This document shows positions 36,525 through 46,877 of a stretch of DNA of 64,000 bases, piece by piece; position 1 is the first letter of the stretch; each line of letters opens with the position of its first letter. Under the pieces are notes generated by a model that was given only the letters and a program-made list of their open reading frames with translations, made no database searches and was not told the DNA's origin. This stretch comes from an uncultured Bacilli bacterium. Its GTDB lineage: Bacteria > Bacillota_I > Bacilli_A > RF39 > UBA660. The position numbers were made by a program, and so were the translations under genes. Location of the stretch: contig CAKONF010000001.1 in assembly GCA_934097015.1 (NCBI GenBank), positions 65,082-129,081 of the forward strand, read 5' to 3'.

Positions 36525-39500
36525 ATGATAAAGGATGATGATTTAATAAAAATTATAAGTGAATTTAAAAGTGGAAATATTAATTATTTTATTAATAATT
36601 ATTCTTTTTCTGATAGAAAAATGTTTGTTGATAATATGTATCAATATAATGATGTTTTAGAAAATAATTTTGCGAAAGAACAAGATGTAATTATTTTTTT
36701 ATCATCAATATTTTCATATGAAGAGGCACGCAAAATATTAGTAGAAAATGAAATTAATTTTATTAATAGTGTTAATAGTATCTATATCTCATTATTTACT
36801 TTGCCGGATGAAGAAAAAAAGAAATATTTACATTATTTTAAGTATGATACTGAATTATTTAAAACTTTTGTAAATTCTTTTGCTGATGAGAATGTTTATA
36901 ATGAAAATGTTGTTAAAGGTGATATAAATTTAGAAAATATAAATAAATTAAATGATACTGAAAAAATAGACTTAATTAGACATTATTCAAAATATACTAA
37001 TATTGCAAAAATAATTAGTTCTATGAATGTTGTAAATATAATTACATACTTAAAAAATAATAAAATAGACAATAGAAGTTCTGAATATCTTTTAAAAATT
37101 ATAGATTTTGAAGTTTTAAAAAAAATATTATTTGATAGAGATATTTATGTGGAACAAAATTTTTTAGAATATATTATCAACAAACAAAGCTATTTACAAA
37201 AGATAGAATTATTGAAAAATAATAATATTTTAGAAAGACTAGATTCTTTATATTATTGTAAACTTTTATCTAATTTAAAAATTAATGATATTATACAAAT
37301 ATTAAAAAATATTGATTATAAAAAGCATTTATCAAAATATGATTTCCGATCTATTTTTAATAATAATGATATATATAAGGATAATAATGAGGATGAAGAA
37401 GATATTTCTTTTTTAATAGAGTTATATCAGGAAGGATATATTGATTTTAATACTTTTAAATATTTTCCTGATGATATTAAAGTTTTATGTTTTAACAATG
37501 ATAAATTATTGGATTCAGATAAAAAGATAATTTTATCTTTTATAGAAAATGATTTGATAAAAACTGATTTATATTTTTCTTTTAAAGGGAATAGATTAGC
37601 TAATTTTGATATTCAAGATCAGTATAATATTTTAAAAACATTAAATGATGATAATAAATTAAAACTTATTAAAATAGATAATTTAGATAATGATCTAAAA
37701 ATAAAATTAACAATGTCTTTAAGCGAAGATAATTTAAAATTTGATTATTTAGATTATATAGAACGTGAATATATGATTTCATCTATATTTAATGAGACTG
37801 ATGTATTAAACATTTTAAAAACATTAAATGATGAAAATAAAAGAAAATATATTCTTCAAAATAAATATGGTTTAAGTAAGACATTTATTAGTGATTTAAT
37901 AAGTTCTTTGCAATCAAGTGATATTAATGATAAGTTTATTATTGATAATTTTGAAATGTTTTTAAATCCAGATATAATGACAATGTCTGGAGTATATGTT
38001 TATTATAAAAATATTTTATTTCCTATAAAAGATGTTTCTGTAAAAATCAAATTATTAGAAATATTAAAGGATAAATTAGATGAACAATTTTTCATATCTT
38101 TAATTACAAATATTAAATATGATTATTTAGATGATTATAAAATAAAATTGATAAAAGAATCTTCATTTGAACTTACAGAATCTTATGTTGAATTATTAAA
38201 ATCTTTAAACAATGTATATAGGGGTATTGAAATTTTAGAAAATAATTCTATAGAAAATTCTAATATTATATATTTGAAATTGTTATATGAATTAAATAGT
38301 AAATATGATGAGTTAAAAATAAATTTTTTAAATAATAATATAGAATTATACAAAGATTCTCCTGATATAGTTGTTAGAGAACTTATTCAGAAAATTATTG
38401 ATAGCATTAATGTAGATAATGATATTAACAAGTTAAAATTGAAAATTAAATTTGCAATCAATTACAAGTTTAATAGTGATTTTATATATGATTTAATTAT
38501 ACACAATGAAGAGTTCATTGATAATAATTATGTATTTGATGATTTAATATTATATTGTTCTAAATGTTATAACTGTGACTATGAACGTTTATTAAATTTA
38601 ATTTCTAAATATGGAAATGTTGTTTTTAGATTTTTAAATAATAAAAATATAATTAGTTTTTTGAATTTAGATCAAGATAATTATAATAAAATAAAAAATA
38701 TGTTTGATTTTCAAGAAATGATAAAGACTAATGACCAACATATAGATAATGTATTAAGTGCTTTATTACAAAAAAAGTTTACATTAGATAATAAAGATAT
38801 GTTAGATATTTTTATTAGTATTAAAAATGCTATTATATCTAATAATATAGACGAAGTGTTAGTTATTTTAAATGATATTAGTAGTTATTTGTGTAATTGT
38901 TTATTAAAAAACATAAATTTAGATGATGATAATTATATTTCTAATATTCTTAGAGAATGTGCTTATAATGATATTAATGCTTTTATAAAAGACTTATATG
39001 ATAAGAATAAAATAGATAGTAATTTAAAAATAATAAATAAATTTACTAATAAATATATATTAGAAAAAAGAAATGATTTTGTTAAAAATAATTTTCATAG
39101 TTATAAAGGTAAATTATTGTTAGATGGTACATATGAAAAAAAATCTTTTATTAGATGTTTTATAGAACAAAAATCACAGTCTTTTATTATAGAACATTTA
39201 AAAAAACTAGATTTGAATAAGTTAACTTTAACTGAGAAAAAATTATTAGATAATGAAAAAATATTGTTTGATATAATTTCTTTAAAAAAGGGATTATATG
39301 TTGAAAATAAAGATAATATTTTAAAATTTATTAAAACATTTAATAGTGTTATGGATAAATATTATTTAAGTCATGATAAATTTTACATTAGTATTCAAGG
39401 GTGTAAATTATTATATAATATTCCTTATTCAAAAGAAGATATTTTATCTGTATTAAGTGGATTAGATATTAATTTGTTGAAAAATAAATTACTTAATGAT

Positions 39501-40814
39501 GATAAATTATATAGTGTATTAATTAAGTTATTGAAAAAATATAAACTTGTAGGTTGGGGCAATACTTTTTATAATTTATCAAATGAAGTTGATTTGGAAA
39601 TAGATAATGATACTATTAGTTCTTTCATAAATAATTTTTATAATATTTATCCGACTTTAGTTAAAAAAAACAATTTTGATAATCAAGAGAGAAAAATGAA
39701 TGGTATTATGGATCAGAGAGAAATTTCATTAACAAGCTTACTTAATGAAGCTTTAGTTTATGCTAGCTGTTCGTTTAAATATTCTAAGTTGCTTGGTAAA
39801 GATGATTTTAAATTAATTAAGAGTAATCCAACTCCAAATTCGGCACCTTTTACTAGTAAAGAAAGACTTAATGAGATAACAACTTTAATTAAAGATATGT
39901 ATTTGAGAAATAAAATTTCTATTCCACCATTAAATGAAAAAATAAATATATCTGGAAAAAATATAAATGTTTTAATAAGTAATAGTGTTGATATGACTAA
40001 TGTGACAATGGGTGAGAGAACTGGATCTTGTATGAGAATTAAAGGCCATGCTTATAGTTTGTTTAAATTTTGTTTAACAGATGTTAATGGTTTTCATATT
40101 AAATTTGTTAATGATAATGGTAAGTTTGTTAGTAGAGTAAGTGGTTTTAGGAATGGAAATACAGTATTTTTGAATCAATTGAGATATAGCTTAGATGAAA
40201 ATTATAGTAATGATGATTTAATAAGTTCTTTAAAAATATTTTCAGAGAAATTAATAGAAGAAACAAAAAATGATATTGTTCCTTTAGATAATGTTGTTAT
40301 TTCAAATGGTTATGCAATGGAGTCTTTGTCTAAAGAAAAAATTAATTTGGGTTGTAGTGATATAAAGAAAGGTCTATCGAGTGATTTTTATTCTGATATT
40401 GTTAGAAATGGTATTCTTCTTGCGACAAGTGGAGAAGATTTTATTCCTATTAGAACAACACAACATAATGAAAAATTATTTGATGTTAGTAGACAATCAG
40501 TTAATTATACTGATAACACTAATGAAATTATTGATAATATAGATAAGTTTAAAATGATAAGCGATGCTATTGGTGAAATGAATATTTCTTCCATGTCTGT
40601 TTTTAGTGAAATTTGTGAATATAAGAATGATATATCGTCTATGTATTTTGGAGAAGATTGGTATATAGTTTTTGATAAAAACAATAATATATTGGATGAG
40701 TTTATAATAGATAGAGGTTTTAACAAAGAATTTGTATATAATGAAATGAATGGAGTAAAAAATAATATAATGGGAGCTGTTTATGAGAAAAATAGGGATT
40801 ATAAAAAATTATGA
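36525..40814 (+). CDS. Giant 1429-aa repeat-containing hypothetical protein with no signal peptide
   Basis: A continuous ORF with a good RBS. It has internal repeats ('NILKTLNDDNK', 'NILKTLNDENK') and a less biased C-terminal about 350 aa ('GERTGSCMRIKGHAYSLFKFCL...'). Confidence 0.6.
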   Translation: MIKDDDLIKIISEFKSGNINYFINNYSFSDRKMFVDNMYQYNDVLENNFAKEQDVIIFLSSIFSYEEARKILVENEINFINSVNSIYISLFTLPDEEKKKYLHYFKYDTELFKTFVNSFADENVYNENVVKGDINLENINKLNDTEKIDLIRHYSKYTNIAKIISSMNVVNIITYLKNNKIDNRSSEYLLKIIDFEVLKKILFDRDIYVEQNFLEYIINKQSYLQKIELLKNNNILERLDSLYYCKLLSNLKINDIIQILKNIDYKKHLSKYDFRSIFNNNDIYKDNNEDEEDISFLIELYQEGYIDFNTFKYFPDDIKVLCFNNDKLLDSDKKIILSFIENDLIKTDLYFSFKGNRLANFDIQDQYNILKTLNDDNKLKLIKIDNLDNDLKIKLTMSLSEDNLKFDYLDYIEREYMISSIFNETDVLNILKTLNDENKRKYILQNKYGLSKTFISDLISSLQSSDINDKFIIDNFEMFLNPDIMTMSGVYVYYKNILFPIKDVSVKIKLLEILKDKLDEQFFISLITNIKYDYLDDYKIKLIKESSFELTESYVELLKSLNNVYRGIEILENNSIENSNIIYLKLLYELNSKYDELKINFLNNNIELYKDSPDIVVRELIQKIIDSINVDNDINKLKLKIKFAINYKFNSDFIYDLIIHNEEFIDNNYVFDDLILYCSKCYNCDYERLLNLISKYGNVVFRFLNNKNIISFLNLDQDNYNKIKNMFDFQEMIKTNDQHIDNVLSALLQKKFTLDNKDMLDIFISIKNAIISNNIDEVLVILNDISSYLCNCLLKNINLDDDNYISNILRECAYNDINAFIKDLYDKNKIDSNLKIINKFTNKYILEKRNDFVKNNFHSYKGKLLLDGTYEKKSFIRCFIEQKSQSFIIEHLKKLDLNKLTLTEKKLLDNEKILFDIISLKKGLYVENKDNILKFIKTFNSVMDKYYLSHDKFYISIQGCKLLYNIPYSKEDILSVLSGLDINLLKNKLLNDDKLYSVLIKLLKKYKLVGWGNTFYNLSNEVDLEIDNDTISSFINNFYNIYPTLVKKNNFDNQERKMNGIMDQREISLTSLLNEALVYASCSFKYSKLLGKDDFKLIKSNPTPNSAPFTSKERLNEITTLIKDMYLRNKISIPPLNEKINISGKNINVLISNSVDMTNVTMGERTGSCMRIKGHAYSLFKFCLTDVNGFHIKFVNDNGKFVSRVSGFRNGNTVFLNQLRYSLDENYSNDDLISSLKIFSEKLIEETKNDIVPLDNVVISNGYAMESLSKEKINLGCSDIKKGLSSDFYSDIVRNGILLATSGEDFIPIRTTQHNEKLFDVSRQSVNYTDNTNEIIDNIDKFKMISDAIGEMNISSMSVFSEICEYKNDISSMYFGEDWYIVFDKNNNILDEFIIDRGFNKEFVYNEMNGVKNNIMGAVYEKNRDYKKL

Positions 40815-41004
40815 TGGTAATGTAGGTAGTGTGATAGAATTAGATAATTTTGATGAAAAAAACATAAAAAAATATTTATTAATGAAAAAAGATATTCTTT
40901 ATAACTATGCAAAAAATGGTGATATTGTTAAATTTGATGCTGAGATGTTTTCATCTATTTGTGATGATGTTTTAGTAGCAAGATTTGTAAAAAAATTAAA
41001 ATAG
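40783..41004 (+). CDS. 73-aa hypothetical protein overlapping the 3' end of the giant ORF
   Basis: ATG within the last 32 nt of the upstream gene. The 'GIIKNYDGNVGSVIELDNFD' beta-rich start looks like a small domain. Confidence 0.4.
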   Translation: MRKIGIIKNYDGNVGSVIELDNFDEKNIKKYLLMKKDILYNYAKNGDIVKFDAEMFSSICDDVLVARFVKKLK

Positions 41005-41024
41005 AATGTATAAGATAGTACATT

Positions 41025-41303
41025 CTATTTGTTTGTAAATTCATAATAATTTCTTTCTGATAATTTATCTAATAAATCAACTAATTCTGGTATATCTTCT
41101 TCATAATCTAAAATATCTTCTATTTTTATCATTAAGTCTCTTAGACTATTTGATGTTTCGTAATCAATATTATATCTTTTTAATATTTCTATTTGATTAT
41201 TTGTTAAATACAGATTGTTATTTATTTTAATAAGTTTATTGTTGTCAAAGTCTATGTTATTTAATATATTTTTAATTTCTTCATTCATTTTTTTCACTCT
41301 CAA
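41025..41303 (-). CDS. Small helical hypothetical protein
   Basis: 92 aa. It overlaps the upstream minus-strand ORF by 23 nt. Confidence 0.4.
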   Translation of the reverse strand: MRVKKMNEEIKNILNNIDFDNNKLIKINNNLYLTNNQIEILKRYNIDYETSNSLRDLMIKIEDILDYEEDIPELVDLLDKLSERNYYEFTNK

Positions 41304-41697
41304 ACACTTTATTATTAATTATAATGTTGTAATTATTATCAATTTTTCCTGTTATGTCGTTGCTAAATATAACATTATTATTTTTGATTGTAATATTTCC
41401 TTCGTAATATTCTTTTTCACAATTATCATTTGTTATGTTCATTGTATATGATTTATCTTTATTTATTATTATGTAATCTTTAGTATTACATTCTGTAATA
41501 TTTATTTTCTTGCCTGTTATTTTATTTATATTTGTTGCATTTATATATGGTAATAACTTGTTATATGTTAAATGAATAACAAGTGTTATTAATATAATAA
41601 TTACTATTATTATGAGTATTTTTAATGGATTAGTTTTTTTCTTTTCTACATATGGTAGAGAATCAACAGTTTTTATTTTTTGTTTTAAAGTAGTCAT
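41281..41697 (-). CDS. Membrane-anchored (signal-anchor) Asn-rich hypothetical protein
   Basis: N-terminal TM 'ILIIIVIIILITLVIHL', then a beta-rich N/I/K domain containing two Cys. Confidence 0.45.
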   Translation of the reverse strand: MTTLKQKIKTVDSLPYVEKKKTNPLKILIIIVIIILITLVIHLTYNKLLPYINATNINKITGKKINITECNTKDYIIINKDKSYTMNITNDNCEKEYYEGNITIKNNNVIFSNDITGKIDNNYNIIINNKVFESEKNE

Positions 41698-41838
41698 ACA
41701 GTCACTTCCTAGAAATATTATAATATATATTTATTAAACAAACTAGCATTATATTTAATTTTGTAGAAACTTAGATAAAACAATTGTTTTCATGTAAAAA
41801 ATATGGTATAATTTTTATAGTATGGGAGGCTAGATATT

Positions 41839-42801
41839 ATGTATATCAATTCCTTTATAACAGAGTTATCTAAGAAAATAGATACTGTTGATGAGCAGTT
41901 AAAAGATTTTCAAAGTAAGATGGATAAAATAAATGATGTAAAAAATATGCTTACATTGAAAACATTAAAGGATATAGATGATTTAAAAGGGGAGGATTTG
42001 GCCTTACTTGATAAAGATGACTTCATGAAAATATTAGAAGTATTTAATTTTGATGAAAAAGAAGAAAAGATGAAAATTTTCTTTAATGCTAGTGTTAGTA
42101 TTAAAGTTAATCAAAAGTTGGTTAGTGATGGAGAAATTGATGTTGATAATAAAGAACAAGTTTCTACATATGTTAATTGGCTTAATGAACAAATAAAATA
42201 TATTAAAGAATATATAAAAGATTTTAATAATAATAATAAAGAATATTATAATAGTTTAAAAATAAGTGATACTTTATATAAAAAATATATAAGTTATTTT
42301 AAAAATGATAAATTAATTAAGCCTATATATGATATAGAAGAATTTAATGAAGTTCTTAAAAAGAGTGGAATTATAACTAGTGAAAAGTGGCAAATTTTAG
42401 AATATATTGGTGAAAAAAATATAGATTTTGCTAGAAAAAGTGAAGCTGATAAAAAGAATGACATTATAGAGTATAGTGATGAAGAAATATTATCATTTGT
42501 TGAAAGCATATTAATTAGAGAGAAAAATTTAATTAACAATATTACTGATGAAATACTAAAAACATCTTTAGAAATAATGGATTATGATGATGAAAAATTA
42601 GAAAAAATGAATTTAACTAATGATATGTTGGTTAAATATCAAAAAGTTCCTATATTAGATACAATGAATAAGATGTATAAGGAAACTAAAATGATGTTAA
42701 AGGAAGATAAAGATAGTGATGCTATTAAGATAGAGAAGAATTTAAAAGATTTACTTGAATTAGTAGATAGTTACGACGTTATTAAAAAAATTGAAAGTTA
42801 G
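41839..42801 (+). CDS. Hypothetical protein (first gene of a 4-gene operon upstream of pcrA)
   Basis: RBS 'atgggaggctagatattATG'. Acidic and helical. Confidence 0.5.
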   Translation: MYINSFITELSKKIDTVDEQLKDFQSKMDKINDVKNMLTLKTLKDIDDLKGEDLALLDKDDFMKILEVFNFDEKEEKMKIFFNASVSIKVNQKLVSDGEIDVDNKEQVSTYVNWLNEQIKYIKEYIKDFNNNNKEYYNSLKISDTLYKKYISYFKNDKLIKPIYDIEEFNEVLKKSGIITSEKWQILEYIGEKNIDFARKSEADKKNDIIEYSDEEILSFVESILIREKNLINNITDEILKTSLEIMDYDDEKLEKMNLTNDMLVKYQKVPILDTMNKMYKETKMMLKEDKDSDAIKIEKNLKDLLELVDSYDVIKKIES

Positions 42802-42812
42802 GAGGTTATATC

Positions 42813-43727
42813 TTGGAATTTATTAATGTATTATTAGAATATTTTTCTATGTTTAAAAAATATGAAGAGTCAAATGAAAATGATAAAATTATTTTGAAGA
42901 ATATAGATAATATTATTAATATTTTAAATAATGTTAAAAATCGTACTGATAAAATTCAATATATTACTAATTATAAAGAAGTTAGTAAGATTGCTACTAA
43001 ATGTGATTTAAGTAGTATATTGGATGATTATTTGAAAGAAAAATATGATATAACAAAGGATAGTGTTAGTGGTTATCTAAGAGATATTGTTAATAATATA
43101 AATAAAGGTATAGATTTTATTATGTATGATATTATGCTTAATTTAAATAGGTATAATATATATTTGATGAATAAGAAAGTTAAATCACAAGATATACCAA
43201 TTACTTCTGATATTAATTTTAATACTATTGATGTTAAATTAAAAGATGTATTAAGTTATTTAGAGGTTAGTGAAAACGATATAGATAAAGATTTATTAAG
43301 TGATTTAAGTAAATATGTTAATCTAGATAAATTTAAAGCTTTTGCTATAAGTATTAAGACTGATAGTGGTATGAGAAGAGTTTTATTTGATAAATTAGAA
43401 GATAAAAATGTTTTAATTAGTATTATGCTTCATTCAAGTTTAGAAAATGTTGATAATATTATTAAAATTTTTATGAGTGAAAATGCTAATATTAATAAAG
43501 TTATTTCAAATATTCCTTCTATATTTATTAAAGATTTGGTTAGCAGCAAATGCAAATATAATTGTGTTATGTGTAATTATGATAACTTTGTTAATAATTA
43601 TAGCTTGATTAAAGAAAATGGTGTAGATTTTAAGAAAATGCTTAATTTTGATATTTTCTTTATAAATGATTTTAATGTTAATAGGGGTTTAGTAGATAAA
43701 TTAAATAAAATGGAGGTAAGTAATTAA
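42813..43727 (+). CDS. Hypothetical protein
   Basis: RBS 'ttaggagg'. Contains 'CKYNCVMC'. Confidence 0.5.
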   Translation: MEFINVLLEYFSMFKKYEESNENDKIILKNIDNIINILNNVKNRTDKIQYITNYKEVSKIATKCDLSSILDDYLKEKYDITKDSVSGYLRDIVNNINKGIDFIMYDIMLNLNRYNIYLMNKKVKSQDIPITSDINFNTIDVKLKDVLSYLEVSENDIDKDLLSDLSKYVNLDKFKAFAISIKTDSGMRRVLFDKLEDKNVLISIMLHSSLENVDNIIKIFMSENANINKVISNIPSIFIKDLVSSKCKYNCVMCNYDNFVNNYSLIKENGVDFKKMLNFDIFFINDFNVNRGLVDKLNKMEVSN

Positions 43728-44401
43728 TGGGGGCAATATGTAAAAATGTTTTAGAACATGTAGGTGGGATTCTAGTTAGTAATCCTAATGTTGTTTTTGA
43801 AAATATACATGTTTTAAATAGATATGGTATTGATTTGACTAATGATAGTAATAATAATGGTTATGTAATACTAGGTATGCAATCTTTACCTCTTAGATTA
43901 GATTATTTAATTGAAAAAGGATTATGGAAAAAAAGTGATGGTATTACTTTAGATAATATAGATTTTATCAGAGGACTTAACATACAAAAGACTTATGGAG
44001 AAGCTAAGGCTTGCAAAGATAAATCACTTTATGGTAAAATAGATATTGCTTCGTCTGATGAAGAGGTTTTACTTGATAAAATGTTTGTCAATGAAAACTT
44101 TGACGAAGTACGTTTAGAAAATCTTTTTAATGACCATAATGTAATAAAGGATATAGTTTTAGAACTTGATAATAAATATTTAAATAAAGAAGGAACTTAT
44201 TCTTTTGGAGTACATGTAGTTAGTAGAGAGAGAGTATTACGTAATTTATGTAATTATAGAGGTAAAGAAAAAGACTTGGATATGTTTGTTAGTTGTTTAA
44301 AATATAAAAATAATGTGGCAGATATAGATGAAGTTATTAATGCTGTAAAACCTCTATTAGAAATGGGTGAGGAAAGTGTTAAGTTATCTCAAAGAATATG
44401 A
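43727..44401 (+). CDS. Hypothetical protein
   Basis: Translationally coupled (TAATG). RBS 'ggaggtaag'. Confidence 0.5.
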   Translation: MGAICKNVLEHVGGILVSNPNVVFENIHVLNRYGIDLTNDSNNNGYVILGMQSLPLRLDYLIEKGLWKKSDGITLDNIDFIRGLNIQKTYGEAKACKDKSLYGKIDIASSDEEVLLDKMFVNENFDEVRLENLFNDHNVIKDIVLELDNKYLNKEGTYSFGVHVVSRERVLRNLCNYRGKEKDLDMFVSCLKYKNNVADIDEVINAVKPLLEMGEESVKLSQRI

Positions 44402-44672
44402 TTTAAGTGATGATCAGATTAAAGATATAATTAATACTTATGATAATGTTCTTCTTAAGAATTTAAATTTTTCTAAGAGAAACGTTAAAGAAATTATAAA
44501 ATATTTGAAAGATTTTGGTGTGGAAGATATTTATAATGTAATTAAAAATAGAATAGATTTATTTTTCTTACCATTATCATTAGTTAAGCAAAATTTTACT
44601 AAATTAGATAAAAATATGCTTTTATATTTATTGAATAATTCTATAGATGATTTAATAAATTATAATATTTAA
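44367..44672 (+). CDS. Hypothetical small protein
   Basis: Overlaps the upstream gene. The start is uncertain. Confidence 0.35.
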   Translation: MRKVLSYLKEYDLSDDQIKDIINTYDNVLLKNLNFSKRNVKEIIKYLKDFGVEDIYNVIKNRIDLFFLPLSLVKQNFTKLDKNMLLYLLNNSIDDLINYNI

Positions 44673-44783
44673 ATAACTGCCTATGGTGGTTGTTTTTTTG
44701 TGAACAAATGTTTTTGTTTTGTTAAAAAAAGTATTTAATAATAGATTGATATTTGATATAATAGTTAATATGTGAGGTAGAAT

Positions 44784-46865
44784 ATGGAACTATTAAATAA
44801 TTTGAATAAACAACAGATAGAAGCTGTTAAACATATAGATGGACCATGCTTAGTAATGGCTGGTGCTGGTAGTGGTAAAACTAAAGTACTTACTACTAGA
44901 ATTGCATATTTGATTGAAAATGGAATAAGAGATTATAATATACTTGCAATAACATTTACAAATAAAGCTGCTAAAGAAATGAAAGAGAGAGTTAATAAAA
45001 TATTTGGATATGATATATCTAGTTTTATAGGAACATTTCATTCATTTGGACTTAGAATAATAAGAGAAAATTATATGTATTTAGGATTAGATAAAAACTT
45101 CACTATAATAGATAGTGATGATGTTTTAAGTATAATAAAAAAAATACTTAAAGATAAGAATTTAGACCCTAAACATTATAGTCCTTATTATATAAGAAAT
45201 AAGATTAGTTTGATTAAAAGTCAGATGTTAAGTGATATGGAAATAGAAAAGTGTTTTAATACTGATATAGATTTAGTTGTTAAAGAAGTTTATCATATAT
45301 ATTTAGATAAAATGATTAAGAATAATAGTATAGACTTTGACGACTTATTATGTAAACCTGTAATATTATTTAGTGAACATAGAGATATATTAGAACAATA
45401 TCAGAATAGATATAAATATATTTTAATAGATGAGTATCAAGATACTAATCCAGTACAGTATAAATTAACTAAGTTGCTTGCAAATAAGAATAAAAATATA
45501 TTTGTTGTTGGAGATATGAATCAAAGTATTTATGCTTTTAGGCAAGCTGATTATAGAAACATATTAAATTTTGAAAGAGATTATAAAGATTGTAAGGTTA
45601 TTAAGTTGGAAGAAAATTATAGAAGTACTAATAATATACTTAATGCTGCTAACTCTGTAATAAAAAATAATAAAGAGAGAAAAGATTTAAAATTATGGAG
45701 TGAAAAGGGTGAAGGTATTAAGATTAAGTATATGAGAGCCTATGATGAAAAACATGAGATAACACTTGTTATTGAAGAAATAAATAAGCTTTTAAATGAA
45801 GGATATGATAGAAAAGATATTGGAATACTTTATAGAACAAATGCACAAAGTCGTGTAGTTGAAGAGGGAATGCTTGCTAAAGGGATACCTTATAAAGTTG
45901 TTGGTAGCTATTACTTTTATAATAGAAAAGAAATTAAAGATTTAATTAGTTATTTAAGACTTATATATAATAATAATGATGAAGTTAGTTTGAGAAGAAT
46001 TATTAATGTTCCTAAACGTGGTATAGGAGATGCTGCTATTAAAAATTTAGAGAATGTTAGTATGTTAGAAGGTATAAGTATGTTTGATGCTTTATCTACT
46101 AATAAAGAAATTGAATTTAAGAATTTAATAACTGATTTAGTTAATGATAGCAATAACATGAGTTTGACAGAATTAATTGATAGTGTTTTAACTAAAACTG
46201 GTTTGAGACGTGAGTTAGAAGAAGATAAAACGTTAGAAAATGAATTAAGACTCGATAACTTGATGGAATTTAAAAGTATAACTGCTTCGTTTGAAGAGAG
46301 AACTGGTATGGTTAGTTTAGGTGAGTTCTTGGAAGAAATAAGTCTGATTAGTGATATGTCTAGTCATAAAGAAGATGGTGATGAAGTGACTTTGATGACT
46401 ATACATAGTGCTAAAGGTTTAGAGTTTGATGTGGTATTCTTAATTGGTATGGAAGAAGGATTATTTCCACATACAATGAGTTTGATGGAAAATGGTATTG
46501 AAGAAGAGAGACGTTTGTGTTATGTTGGTATTACAAGAGCTAGAGAAAGATTATATATCACTAATGCCAAAAGAAGGATGTTATACGGTAAAGATACAAT
46601 GAATATGCCTAGTAGATTTATAGATGAAATCGATAGCAATTGTATTGAAGAAAATGATGTTTGTGTCAAAGTAGAAAAGAAAATTGATGCTAAAAAAATG
46701 TATAACAAAAGTGAAAATGCAGAAATTAAAATAGGTGATATCATTAGTCATGAAAGTTTGGGTACTGGTGTTGTTGTAAATATGAATGGAGATTTAATTG
46801 ATGTTGCATTTAAAAGTGGAGTTAAAAAATTAATGAAGAATCATAAAAGTATTAGTAAATTATAG
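44784..46865 (+). CDS. pcrA: ATP-dependent DNA helicase PcrA/UvrD
   Basis: 'LNKQQIEAVKHIDGPCLVMAGAGSGKTKVLTTRIAYL' (motif I), 'ILIDEYQDTNPVQY' (motif II) and 'VTLMTIHSAKGLEFDVVFLIG'. Confidence 0.9.
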   Translation: MELLNNLNKQQIEAVKHIDGPCLVMAGAGSGKTKVLTTRIAYLIENGIRDYNILAITFTNKAAKEMKERVNKIFGYDISSFIGTFHSFGLRIIRENYMYLGLDKNFTIIDSDDVLSIIKKILKDKNLDPKHYSPYYIRNKISLIKSQMLSDMEIEKCFNTDIDLVVKEVYHIYLDKMIKNNSIDFDDLLCKPVILFSEHRDILEQYQNRYKYILIDEYQDTNPVQYKLTKLLANKNKNIFVVGDMNQSIYAFRQADYRNILNFERDYKDCKVIKLEENYRSTNNILNAANSVIKNNKERKDLKLWSEKGEGIKIKYMRAYDEKHEITLVIEEINKLLNEGYDRKDIGILYRTNAQSRVVEEGMLAKGIPYKVVGSYYFYNRKEIKDLISYLRLIYNNNDEVSLRRIINVPKRGIGDAAIKNLENVSMLEGISMFDALSTNKEIEFKNLITDLVNDSNNMSLTELIDSVLTKTGLRRELEEDKTLENELRLDNLMEFKSITASFEERTGMVSLGEFLEEISLISDMSSHKEDGDEVTLMTIHSAKGLEFDVVFLIGMEEGLFPHTMSLMENGIEEERRLCYVGITRARERLYITNAKRRMLYGKDTMNMPSRFIDEIDSNCIEENDVCVKVEKKIDAKKMYNKSENAEIKIGDIISHESLGTGVVVNMNGDLIDVAFKSGVKKLMKNHKSISKL

Positions 46866-46877
46866 GAGGAAAGATTT

